NCBI GenBank assembly: GCA_044352465.1
Contig: JBILDU010000044.1
Coordinates: 1-22,675, forward strand
Reading direction: 5' to 3'
Origin: Bdellovibrionota bacterium
Lineage (GTDB): Bacteria > Bdellovibrionota_C > UBA2361
Length of the DNA: 22,675 nucleotides
The notes under the pieces were generated by a model. The model had not been told where the DNA came from. It made no database searches and saw nothing but the letters and a program-made list of their open reading frames with translations. The position numbers and the translations under genes were made by a program. Of this stretch, positions 14,163 to 22,675 are shown in pieces; positions within the stretch are counted from its first letter, which is position 1; the number at the start of each line of letters is the position of its first letter.

Positions 14163-16220
14163 TTATCCGCGGATATGCGCCAACCGGGCGTCGGCCGCGG
14201 CATTGATGCGCCGCGCGGCGCTGCGGTAATCAACTTTGATCGTTTCGCAGTACCACCGAAAAGAATCAACCCGCGGGCGATTCTCCTCAAGCATAATCTC
14301 AATAGCCTGATCACGGGTAATCTGTCCCTCGCGCACCTGATTGCTGCGAAATGCATCTACCTCGGAAAGCCCGGCGAGGGACAGATAGGCGTAATTGTAG
14401 AAACTCGCGGTCCCATCACCGATTCGCCACGTCGATGTCGTATCTTGAGCAACCTCCCAATCGTAAAGCGACCGAATCGTCCGGTTCACCTCGTGCTCAT
14501 CCCAAGGGTAATAGTCAAAAAACTGTAGATAGCGGTGAGGGAAAACATAATAGGACGCGAAGCCGAATAACGTATCGAACCAAGAGCGATTGATCAGCCC
14601 GGGGTTACCCAGCATCTCTTTCCCATAAAAGCCCAATAACTTGAGCTTGCTACCCCATGAAAGCTCGAAGTGAGTTGCGGCTTTGTTATGGGCAAAAACA
14701 CCGGCAAATCCGGTCTTAAAATGGGTGGTTTCGAGCCGATTCATACCGAAGATAAGATGTTGCGCTCCGGTATCTCGGGCAGCTTGGTTCGCGTAAAAGA
14801 AAAACTGCTTGTCCCCAGCCATGAAAAGCGGAATCGTACCGGGATGTGGCCGATCCAACCACGCCTCAACATTTCGTCGAATGTTGTCACGTTTACGCCG
14901 AATATCAGCCGACACAAGGATGTGCTCCACTCCGAGCATTGAAACGAGTCGTGACATATTCCGACGAGCGAGGTCGGTAACCATTCCCCAATCATAGGTG
15001 AACGCAACGACATCGAGCCCGAGCACACGTTTCATGTGATGCAAGATAAAGCAGCTATCCCGTCCACCACTCAACGCGACGAGACACTTGCCTGGCTTGC
15101 CTGTGGGGGATTCGTGCGCCAGCGCGTCCAAAAATGCGCTGATACCATGCCGAACAAAGGGGCGATAACTTAGACAGACGCTACAGACGCCGGCGGAATC
15201 GAAGGTAATTCCGGGAAAGGAGGCGGGGAGGATACACCGTGAACATCGGCGCACCGCAAGTAATTTATCCGGGCTGAACCTCAGCGACTCATCCGCACAA
15301 CCTTCCACCGCGGGAAGGGGCTTGGAGCAACGGGGCTGCGGCTTCAACTTCCCGGGTTCTCGATCAACCACCACGGCGCCCGGAAACGGGCCGCCCGCCG
15401 AATCACGCTCACCGGGTGGAGCAGACCAGAGAGTGCTCCCAGCTCCCCGGCTCAACACGTCAACGGACTCGACCTCGACGCCGCGACTCTGCAATGCGAT
15501 CAAGGCTTCGCCCGGCTTCAACTGGCAAATCAACGCTCCATCAGGTCGGCACGGTGAATTGGGAGATTCAACCATCTTCACTACCATGCTCCGCTCAGAG
15601 GCGAATATGAGCACATCGGCATCGGCATCGTGGCAGTAGTATAAGGAACCGTTATTAGTGAAGAGGACCAGTCCCGGAAGAGCACCGTGGGCGAAAGCTA
15701 CGCACGCCTGCCCACGCAGTTTGGGATACACGCCTGATACGACCTGGCCAATCGTTTCCCCACCGGCGAGACCAGCGTCAAGAAGGCGCGCGATCACCTC
15801 GCTATCAAGATCGGATTCATGCGGAAAGACTTCGCGATGTTCCGCACGGAGCTCGGGTGCATTGACGATAATTCCATTGTGGATAAGCGCTGAGGATGGG
15901 GTAACTACCGGTTGATTGTTTTCGTGAAGCTCCTCGGTGCCATTGGTCGTCAGGCGGGAGTGGCCCATAAAAGCGAGGAGATGCGCTTGGTCGTTCTGCA
16001 CCTCCTGCATCAACTCGCGATACTCCCTCGTTCGAACGAAGGTGCGAACTCGCAAAGGACGCTTAAGCACATCGATTCGCTCGGAGCGAACCGTCGCGAC
16101 ACCTGAGGCGTCCTGACCACGTCGCTCGGCGAGCTGCAGCGCCGTTCGCACGAACGGCTCAAGACACCAGTCTGCATCTTCAAGTGGCCGGAGAAACACC
16201 CCCCCGAATATTCCACACAT
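14163..16220 (-). CDS. Class II (Ntn) glutamine amidotransferase fused to an N-acetyl-sugar amidotransferase (WbpG/WbuX/PseA-like PP-loop domain)
   Basis: Start reassigned to ATG 16220 (MCGIFG; SD GGGAG) so that Cys is the N-terminal nucleophile. GATase motifs RRGQDASG, GHSRLTTNG, NNQP, HNGIIVN, DSEV. C-terminal half has CSRCILP...CSVC, LSGGRDS and QVREGQITRDQA. Confidence 0.85.
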   Translation of the reverse strand: MCGIFGGVFLRPLEDADWCLEPFVRTALQLAERRGQDASGVATVRSERIDVLKRPLRVRTFVRTREYRELMQEVQNDQAHLLAFMGHSRLTTNGTEELHENNQPVVTPSSALIHNGIIVNAPELRAEHREVFPHESDLDSEVIARLLDAGLAGGETIGQVVSGVYPKLRGQACVAFAHGALPGLVLFTNNGSLYYCHDADADVLIFASERSMVVKMVESPNSPCRPDGALICQLKPGEALIALQSRGVEVESVDVLSRGAGSTLWSAPPGERDSAGGPFPGAVVVDREPGKLKPQPRCSKPLPAVEGCADESLRFSPDKLLAVRRCSRCILPASFPGITFDSAGVCSVCLSYRPFVRHGISAFLDALAHESPTGKPGKCLVALSGGRDSCFILHHMKRVLGLDVVAFTYDWGMVTDLARRNMSRLVSMLGVEHILVSADIRRKRDNIRRNVEAWLDRPHPGTIPLFMAGDKQFFFYANQAARDTGAQHLIFGMNRLETTHFKTGFAGVFAHNKAATHFELSWGSKLKLLGFYGKEMLGNPGLINRSWFDTLFGFASYYVFPHRYLQFFDYYPWDEHEVNRTIRSLYDWEVAQDTTSTWRIGDGTASFYNYAYLSLAGLSEVDAFRSNQVREGQITRDQAIEIMLEENRPRVDSFRWYCETIKVDYRSAARRINAAADARLAHIRG

Positions 16221-16402
16221 ACGAGTCTCCCTACGGCTCCGCCCAAAAATTCCCCTGCTACCTCCGGGTCGACGCACTTTTTCGGCGGAGTCGAAACTCT
16301 CCCGAAGAAAAACATGCGGAACCACTATCTGTGAGCCTTGCCTATCCTGACACAAGGCATCATGTCATTATAAAATGTGGTCCTCAAGAGGAGCGGTCGA
16401 TC

Positions 16403-18508
16403 CTACTCCCCACCTCGCTCGTCCAGAGGACACCATCGCAACCGGCTCAAAGCGCCTCCGATCGTTCCATACAGCCAAACAAGAAAAACAGGGACGAGTT
16501 GAAACACGATCCTGTTGGCGGAATCAGACCAGCCGACTCGATACGGTTGACGAAACAAGCCGATGATCATCGTCGCCGCCAACGCCATCAAAACGAAACT
16601 GAGTAAGACCGTTTGGCCCTGCCTTCGCGCCCCCTCCATGAGGCTATCGGGAGCACGCTTCGCCCCGGTACCGATCAAGAACGGAGCTACCGCAATCGCG
16701 AGGCCCCACCACCAAAACGAGCTCCAGCCCTCCGTCGGAGTGAAAAGATTTGAGAGCACATTGAGGGAGCTAATCCCGAGATGGCTCGGCTTCATAACGT
16801 GAGCAGCGTAGACAACCGTAGCGGTGCCGCACACCATAAGCCGTACACCATACTTGGAGATGAAACGGTATCCGCTCGACGCCGGAGACAACAAGGACAA
16901 CGCTCCAAGTGCAACCGCGAGAGCGCTCATGAACACGTACTGCGCCGAGGAGACAAAGGCTTGACCGTCGAGAACGACGGCGGTGAGAACGCCCCACAAG
17001 AGTACCACGACGGAAACCACCAGCAGGAGATGTCGGCCGGCGATCGGCCCCAATCGAAGCCCCGAAAAGAGGAGGCTCGCGAGTAACACAACGATCATGA
17101 GCGACCCTTCCATGCGGGACATACACACGAAGAGAGTCAAGAGGAAGACCAGCGCCGCGTACGCGAATTTATTCACCGGAGCAAAACGCGCCGCGCGAGA
17201 CTCAAGCAGCGCGACCAGCAGGAGGAGCAGGCAGGTCGCTTGAAAGACGTGACCGTTCACATAAAAGAGCTGCAAACGAGCCATCGGGGTCGCCGCGTAG
17301 AATAACACGAGGAGAAGGGCGGCAACACAAGTGGCCCATCCAGCTGTCGGATAAAACGATCTCAACCGCCAGAAAGCGACCGCCGTTACTATCACGAGCG
17401 AGAGGAACAGCAGCGGGAAAACGGTGCCTACAAATCCGTTACCGGTTACCGTCCCCAGCGCCCCAACCGCTGAGAGCAGAACTGGAAACCCCAACGCCAA
17501 CGAATCGGCTGGTGAATTCTCCGAGGATAATAAGCGAAACGAATCGACCGTTGGGATAAAGGAACCGCTCCGGATAAGACCCAGCGTTAAAGCAAAGAGG
17601 GCGACTATCGCCACAAGCAGCCACGGGGCATGGCGACGGATATCGGCTCGCACACCTTGAGAGAAGAGCAGGGGCACGAGAACGGTGACAACGCAGAGTC
17701 CAAAAAACACCTCGGTTGCTTCCAATACGACAGCTCGACTGAAGAGAACCCGCGCTCCCCAATAGAAAACGCTCCAAAGCCCGACCCCCACGGGGAGAGC
17801 CGCACCGAGGGCGAAGCCCCAACCGCGCGCCGGAAGAGTTGCCCAGCGCACCCAGCACCACCCCACGAGCCACAAAAGAGCAACCAGTACCGGCTCAATC
17901 AGCTTTCCAACCACACCAACGCGGCGGAGCGTTAGTCCATGCTGAAGCCACTCCGCCGGAACAAAGTATACGACACCATCGATCTCTGTTACGACGACCG
18001 GACCGTTACCCTCAGCAGCGTTTCGCGGCGGAAGAAGTCGGATAAGCATCGGCCACGCTTGCCGAGACGGAATCTCTCCCAAACGAACATGGTCGCTGTA
18101 TGAAAAGGGGTTGTAGACGAGCTGTCGAACGGCGAGATGGCGCCATTCCTCAGCCAGCGCAGGCGCAATCACAGGTCGCTCTGCATCTTGGAGCTTGACA
18201 CCGGTTCCCACGGCGCGGGGCGAGAAAAGCATCGAATCGTCAATGTGGAGGGCCCGTCCCCGGTAGAGCTGATCGACTAAAAGCGGTAGCTCAAGTGGCA
18301 CCGGCCCAAGCATATCGACGCTGGAGTAGCCGTGGGCTTGGATAAGCCCCCGTAACGAGTACTCCTCCGACCCATTCATGCCGATACGGTTCGACTCAAA
18401 GTTTTTGAGACCGGCACAAACGGCGATAAGCAGCAGGAGGGCTGGAAGGACAGCCTTGAGCGACACACCGTAAGAGCCCCACACACTTGTACCGCAGCTT
18501 TGATTCAT
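16403..18508 (-). CDS. Polytopic membrane protein with N-terminal extracytoplasmic domain, possibly GT-C-fold glycosyltransferase
   Basis: More than 12 hydrophobic segments. Acidic DS in an early loop (PTVDSF), SRMEG, and a terminal NRIVFQLVP (R....P). Sits in a glycosylation cluster. Confidence 0.6.
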   Translation of the reverse strand: MNQSCGTSVWGSYGVSLKAVLPALLLLIAVCAGLKNFESNRIGMNGSEEYSLRGLIQAHGYSSVDMLGPVPLELPLLVDQLYRGRALHIDDSMLFSPRAVGTGVKLQDAERPVIAPALAEEWRHLAVRQLVYNPFSYSDHVRLGEIPSRQAWPMLIRLLPPRNAAEGNGPVVVTEIDGVVYFVPAEWLQHGLTLRRVGVVGKLIEPVLVALLWLVGWCWVRWATLPARGWGFALGAALPVGVGLWSVFYWGARVLFSRAVVLEATEVFFGLCVVTVLVPLLFSQGVRADIRRHAPWLLVAIVALFALTLGLIRSGSFIPTVDSFRLLSSENSPADSLALGFPVLLSAVGALGTVTGNGFVGTVFPLLFLSLVIVTAVAFWRLRSFYPTAGWATCVAALLLVLFYAATPMARLQLFYVNGHVFQATCLLLLLVALLESRAARFAPVNKFAYAALVFLLTLFVCMSRMEGSLMIVVLLASLLFSGLRLGPIAGRHLLLVVSVVVLLWGVLTAVVLDGQAFVSSAQYVFMSALAVALGALSLLSPASSGYRFISKYGVRLMVCGTATVVYAAHVMKPSHLGISSLNVLSNLFTPTEGWSSFWWWGLAIAVAPFLIGTGAKRAPDSLMEGARRQGQTVLLSFVLMALAATMIIGLFRQPYRVGWSDSANRIVFQLVPVFLVWLYGTIGGALSRLRWCPLDERGGE

Positions 18509-18516
18509 ACCGGTCC

Positions 18517-20223
18517 TCAGAGTTTCTGTTCCACCACCGTCCCGTCACGGTTAAAGCGCAGGCGACTTGTAGGCGCACCAAAATTCCGGTCCGAGGGGGT
18601 TGTCTTGACGTTCCACGAATTACTCTCGATCTCGATACCGACAACCGGATCGACATTCGACTGCTCGAGCTCAAATACCTTCGCAAACAGCGCTTTCATG
18701 CGACGGAGTTGCGAAGCATCAGACGTGTAGGCGATGTGATCGAGCCAACGCGCGTGGTTCAAAACCGAAAAATACTCAGTGAGTTCCGTCCGTTCGCGAG
18801 CACCAGAGGCTCGGACCTTATACACGGTCGAATAGTGAACCGTCTCAAGGGGCTTACGAGCATGCACCGCGTACATGCCCCAGTAGGACAGTAAAGGAAA
18901 GCTATCACGACTATAGAGCCAGCCTGAGAGAATTAAGGTGCTGGTCGCGGTCACGATCGTGGTTGCTCCCACCCCGATCCAGCGCGGCACTTCGGGCCAT
19001 CGGATAGACACGCGCGGTGTTTTGAAACGCTGCCACATCAGCGGGATAAAAATAAGCGGCATCACCGCAAGTTCATAGAAGAGGAAGTCGTGACAAAACC
19101 AAATACCGAGGTGGAGGCCACCGATCATCCACGGGATGACGAGGCGGGCCCATCCACAGATGAGTATCAGTATCCCCGCCCACTCAATCACCATCGCGGC
19201 GATCCCCAGCGCCGGGAAAATATAGTCAGCGAGTCCCCAATGAACGAGCTTCGCCGACAGGTTGAAGTCGTACTCGATAATATGGAGACTGTCGGAGAGA
19301 CTCATCCCAAGAACGTTACCGTGCGATGCCCATAGCGGATTGACCCAAAACTTACTCAGTCCCGTCGCACAGTACGAAACACTATAGATCACCCAACAAA
19401 GATACACGCACCACCCGTAGCTCAGCGCCGCAGACGTCTCGGCTCGCGGGGGCTGCCCAGAGAAAAATCGGCGCGAGATGACACGATCAAGGGAAAGCGC
19501 CCGATGGGTCGGCATAAAACAAAGGGCGTACAGAATTTGGAGCGGAATCAGCCCGGAGTGAAAAAAGTGGGTGTAGGTGATCTGAACGTGATAGAAAATT
19601 GTGTAGGCGAACGCCGCCACGAACATCACCGGCCTACCACCAAGCCCCAGTACGGCAGCGAGGAGGCTTCCGATCGTCAACCACTGAATACCGGTCAGAG
19701 TCGCTGGATTCCGCAGTTCGGCCGGTGCCCAAATCAGATCAACCAGAGGCGAGACGAGGGTCTTAAACCGAATGAGCTCTTCAGGCAACAGCGCAATATC
19801 AGAGAACTGTACCCGAGTGGCAAGAAACAAGAGTCCCGTGCAGACAACGACTCGAATCCACGCCAAGGAGAGCGCCGTTTGCTCCCGCGGGATTACCGCG
19901 CGAGCGATCCACGGATGGCGGATGAGACACCACGCGCCGATCGCCGTCATCCCGAGGGAGAACCAGAGTTGAGTTCCAGCGGACCAACTCCAGGTCGCCT
20001 GACGAATGAATATGAGCGGCACGGAGAGTGCGATGGCAAAAAAGACCAGCATCAGCCGGGTGGCAGCTTGCGAGTCGAGAGAGCGGCCGAGCAGCGAGAG
20101 CATCCGCGGCTCAGGATCTACCGCCAGCACCGTCGGCGCGACGTCCCTCAAGCGGAGGAAGAGAAGCGAAAACGCGATAAAAGCCCCTATCCCGATTAAC
20201 CCAAGCGCCGAATAGTATTCCAC
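18517..20223 (-). CDS. HTTM-like (vitamin K-dependent gamma-carboxylase-related) membrane protein
   Basis: GTG start with SD GGAGGAGG. LAWIRVVV, HFFHS, P...LSLD, SYCATGLSKF...W..G, VIEW, LHLGIW motifs in HTTM order. Confidence 0.7.
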   Translation of the reverse strand: MEYYSALGLIGIGAFIAFSLLFLRLRDVAPTVLAVDPEPRMLSLLGRSLDSQAATRLMLVFFAIALSVPLIFIRQATWSWSAGTQLWFSLGMTAIGAWCLIRHPWIARAVIPREQTALSLAWIRVVVCTGLLFLATRVQFSDIALLPEELIRFKTLVSPLVDLIWAPAELRNPATLTGIQWLTIGSLLAAVLGLGGRPVMFVAAFAYTIFYHVQITYTHFFHSGLIPLQILYALCFMPTHRALSLDRVISRRFFSGQPPRAETSAALSYGWCVYLCWVIYSVSYCATGLSKFWVNPLWASHGNVLGMSLSDSLHIIEYDFNLSAKLVHWGLADYIFPALGIAAMVIEWAGILILICGWARLVIPWMIGGLHLGIWFCHDFLFYELAVMPLIFIPLMWQRFKTPRVSIRWPEVPRWIGVGATTIVTATSTLILSGWLYSRDSFPLLSYWGMYAVHARKPLETVHYSTVYKVRASGARERTELTEYFSVLNHARWLDHIAYTSDASQLRRMKALFAKVFELEQSNVDPVVGIEIESNSWNVKTTPSDRNFGAPTSRLRFNRDGTVVEQKL

Positions 20224-20277
20224 TCAGTTTCTCCTCCTCCGCGGGGCGACGATTGACGCTATCAAAATCATTCAGGA

Positions 20278-21240
20278 CTACGAACGATCATCGACAACGC
20301 GGAGCTTTGCCTCCCCTTCAATCCCCGCTCCAAGCCGCTCCCCATCCCGAACAGCGCTGGTCTCACTTTTTTCGATCGGAGTGATCTCGTGTTGTTGCCG
20401 GCGTAGCGCCGATACTTGATCGCAGAGGAGCCCACTCATGAAGATAATGAGGCCTGCTAAAGATAATAACACCGTCGTATCGGCGAGATTCCCGAATACG
20501 AAGAGATCGAGCAACGAGCTACCCAGCGCCGTTCCGAAGAGGAGCATCGCCACCGATACAAATACCTTCAGTGGCTCAAACAAGACCGAAATTCTGAGCA
20601 TGAGCATGAGGGTCTGGGGTCCGTGGCGAAGCTGGCGAACCGTGCTCTTACCAACGCGCTTCTTGACGGTAATCGGCAACCAGAGGATACGCCGATTACT
20701 CTTTAACATGGCAAAGGTGCTCGTCGTCGAGAATGAAAATCCCTCCGGCATCAGGTGTAAGTAACGGAGGAGCGTCTCGCGGTGGAACACCCGCAGGCCT
20801 GAGTTCAAATCGGGAATCTTCATCCCAGCGAGAAGATTCGCAAACCACCGTAAGATCGCTTTGCCCGGACGTCGTAACAACGGCTGGTGCGAATCGGCAT
20901 CGCGTGCGCCGACGACCATCTCATAATCAGGCGCAGCAGCGACCAAGCGAGCAACATCGGTCGGAGTGTGCTGTCCGTCGGCATCACAAAAGAGAACATA
21001 CGCACCACGAGCTGCGCGTGTTCCGGTCTTTAACGAAGCTCCATAGCCAAGATTGCGCGAGTGGGAGATCACCCGCACCCCGCGTGCTGCGGCAACCGCG
21101 GCAGTCGAGTCAGTTGAGCCGTCATTAATGACGATGATTTCGGCGTCCGGAAACTTCTCGAGGAGTCCCTCTAAAACTTCGCCGATACCGCCTTCCTCGT
21201 TGAAAGCTGGAATCACTATCGAAAGGGAGATCGTCGCCAT
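20278..21240 (-). CDS. Family 2 glycosyltransferase, DPM-synthase/GtrB-like with two C-terminal TM helices
   Basis: SIVIPAFNEE, INDGSTD, NLGYGASLKTG, DADGQH, VVGAR, DLNSGLR, RVGKS. Start ATG 21240 (SD GAGG), 4 nt after the upstream stop. Confidence 0.92.
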   Translation of the reverse strand: MATISLSIVIPAFNEEGGIGEVLEGLLEKFPDAEIIVINDGSTDSTAAVAAARGVRVISHSRNLGYGASLKTGTRAARGAYVLFCDADGQHTPTDVARLVAAAPDYEMVVGARDADSHQPLLRRPGKAILRWFANLLAGMKIPDLNSGLRVFHRETLLRYLHLMPEGFSFSTTSTFAMLKSNRRILWLPITVKKRVGKSTVRQLRHGPQTLMLMLRISVLFEPLKVFVSVAMLLFGTALGSSLLDLFVFGNLADTTVLLSLAGLIIFMSGLLCDQVSALRRQQHEITPIEKSETSAVRDGERLGAGIEGEAKLRVVDDRS

Positions 21241-21244
21241 GACA

Positions 21245-22180
21245 TCATACCTCTGTAGATAATTCATTTTTACGGACGACAACGGTCATGATGTCCCCGA
21301 GATTTACATAGAGCTGTAGCCCCGCCAGCCCAAGCTTTTGGACCGCCCAACGAAACGGCGAAACCACGGCGCCGAGCGTCTCCCCCGCTTTAAAGAGCGC
21401 AAAGTCCAGACTCGTATGCTTGCCGAACCACAAGGTATCGACCACCTTCAAATCGTATCGTCCCAGAGCTCGTTCAAGAGCTGGCGGTGAAAAGTAGAGC
21501 AGGTGCTGCGGTGGCGTGAGCAGATGCCACCGACGGCCAAGCATTCGCGCATAACGAGAGCTCACATCACCTGTGGTGACGAAGCAGACCCCCCCGGGGC
21601 GGAGGATTCGAGCCACCTCCGCCAGGTTCTCAAGTGGATCGGGGAGGTGTTCGATAACATCCCACATCGTCACCACGTCATAGGTCGAGCTGGGAAGAGC
21701 GGCTTCACGCAGACTTGAGCAGTGCACCGGCAACCCCAACTCTCGGCGGGTGTACTCTGCTCCAAACTGGGAGACTTCGACACCCTCCACCGTAAAACCG
21801 GCATCGGCGGCAACACGCATAAAACCGCCCATCGCCGAGCCCACATCGAGGAGCTTTTTACCGGTCGTGTGATTTTGAACCAACGTGAGTTTCCGCTGGT
21901 CGTTGAGTAATTGGGGATCAGTTGAGCGATCTCCAGCAGGGGGAGTATATTTCCGACCACGCGAAAAATAAGACTCGCTATATATGCGATTCAGCTCTTC
22001 CCTCGAAGGAACGGGGTGCACGAAGAGGAGTCCGGTGTCTCTATTCTCAAAGATTTTAAAACCGTCCTTCGCGTACTTAAATTCGACATCGGCGGACGAG
22101 CCCTCCAGGGGACATGCCGGCCTATCACGGCGGGGGGGTGCATCGACCGAGGAGGCTTCCGCGAGAGCATTTTTCGTCAT
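21245..22180 (-). CDS. Class I SAM-dependent methyltransferase typical of glycan clusters
   Basis: LLDVGSAMGGF, GVEVS, YDVVTMWDVIEHLPDP, LRPGG, PPQHLLYFS. Start ATG 22180 preferred; GTG 22255 possible. Confidence 0.88.
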   Translation of the reverse strand: MTKNALAEASSVDAPPRRDRPACPLEGSSADVEFKYAKDGFKIFENRDTGLLFVHPVPSREELNRIYSESYFSRGRKYTPPAGDRSTDPQLLNDQRKLTLVQNHTTGKKLLDVGSAMGGFMRVAADAGFTVEGVEVSQFGAEYTRRELGLPVHCSSLREAALPSSTYDVVTMWDVIEHLPDPLENLAEVARILRPGGVCFVTTGDVSSRYARMLGRRWHLLTPPQHLLYFSPPALERALGRYDLKVVDTLWFGKHTSLDFALFKAGETLGAVVSPFRWAVQKLGLAGLQLYVNLGDIMTVVVRKNELSTEV

Positions 22181-22296
22181 AACAGCTGAAAAAATAGGCA
22201 CCGATAGTTGATCCGCCCCTTCCTGGGAGAGGCGCGCATCGCAAAATCCCGGCACGAGCCTCGATTTAATTTTGTTACGCCGTGTAAGTCAATCAT

Positions 22297-22675
22297 TCAG
22301 ACCCGCACCGACATACGGAGGCGCGTCAAAACGACGAGAAGGAGGGCTTCCGCTGCGAATGAAGCTGCGGCAGCTAACGCGCAACCGACCAGACCCAACG
22401 CCGGGGCCAGGAGCAGCGCTAGCATACCATTCACGGCGAGAGCCGCCAAAGTCATAACGGTGTATGTACCGGGGAATCCTCCCTGAAGGAGGAGCCCTCC
22501 GAAGGGGCGAAACCACGCGGACACAGAGATCGCCCCGGCCAGGATACCGTAAACCCAGACGCTTTCCCCGTAGCTCGGATCGGCTACGAGAAGCGGGAGG
22601 ATCGCCGCATATACGAGCGTTGAGACCGCCCCCAGTCCTAGCATCAGCGGAAAGAAGAGCTTCCGGGTTCGCTGC
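22297..22675 (-). CDS. C-terminal fragment of a polysaccharide flippase-like (Wzx/MATE-type) membrane protein; partial
   Basis: Frame stays open to the window edge (..QRTRKLFFPLMLGLG..). Ends with NGMLALLLAPALGLVGCALAAAASF, matching the N..l...lip..G..GaA.a pattern of flippase C-termini. Confidence 0.7.
   Translation of the reverse strand, partial: QRTRKLFFPLMLGLGAVSTLVYAAILPLLVADPSYGESVWVYGILAGAISVSAWFRPFGGLLLQGGFPGTYTVMTLAALAVNGMLALLLAPALGLVGCALAAAASFAAEALLLVVLTRLRMSVRV

Noticed and set aside
14163..16355. glmS or asnB call, and the longer 730-aa start
   Set aside because: The C-terminal domain is not SIS and looks like a Cys-rich sugar amidotransferase. Ntn chemistry needs Cys at the N-terminus, which fits ATG 16220.
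19504..20199. 231-aa plus-strand ORF
   Set aside because: Antisense shadow of the hydrophobic HTTM-like gene; no motifs.

Overview
GC-rich bacterial window in two parts. The left part (1-14.1 kb) is a signalling neighbourhood. It holds a partial ornithine/DAP-decarboxylase-fold gene on the minus strand that the ORF track misses and that appears to have lost its PLP-binding lysine, a membrane-anchored Hanks-type Ser/Thr kinase, a small secreted protein, an HDOD-like protein, and a co-oriented trio of SMR/DMT-like transporter, NNMT/PNMT/TEMT-family methyltransferase and hybrid histidine kinase with two tandem CHASE4-like sensor modules. After the trio come an AT-rich array of related hairpins punctuated by ACTAGT, a small orphan gene (weakly Imm74-like) and two stand-alone CheY-like receivers. 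Several genes carry sigma28/FliA-type promoter matches. The right part (14.2-22.7 kb) is a minus-strand surface-glycan modification cluster: partial flippase-like protein, class I methyltransferase, DPM-synthase-like GT2, HTTM-like protein, GT-C-like membrane protein, and a fusion of an Ntn glutaminase with an N-acetyl-sugar amidotransferase. No rRNA, tRNA, CRISPR array or transposase was recognised. All family calls come from motif recognition by eye, not from database searches.
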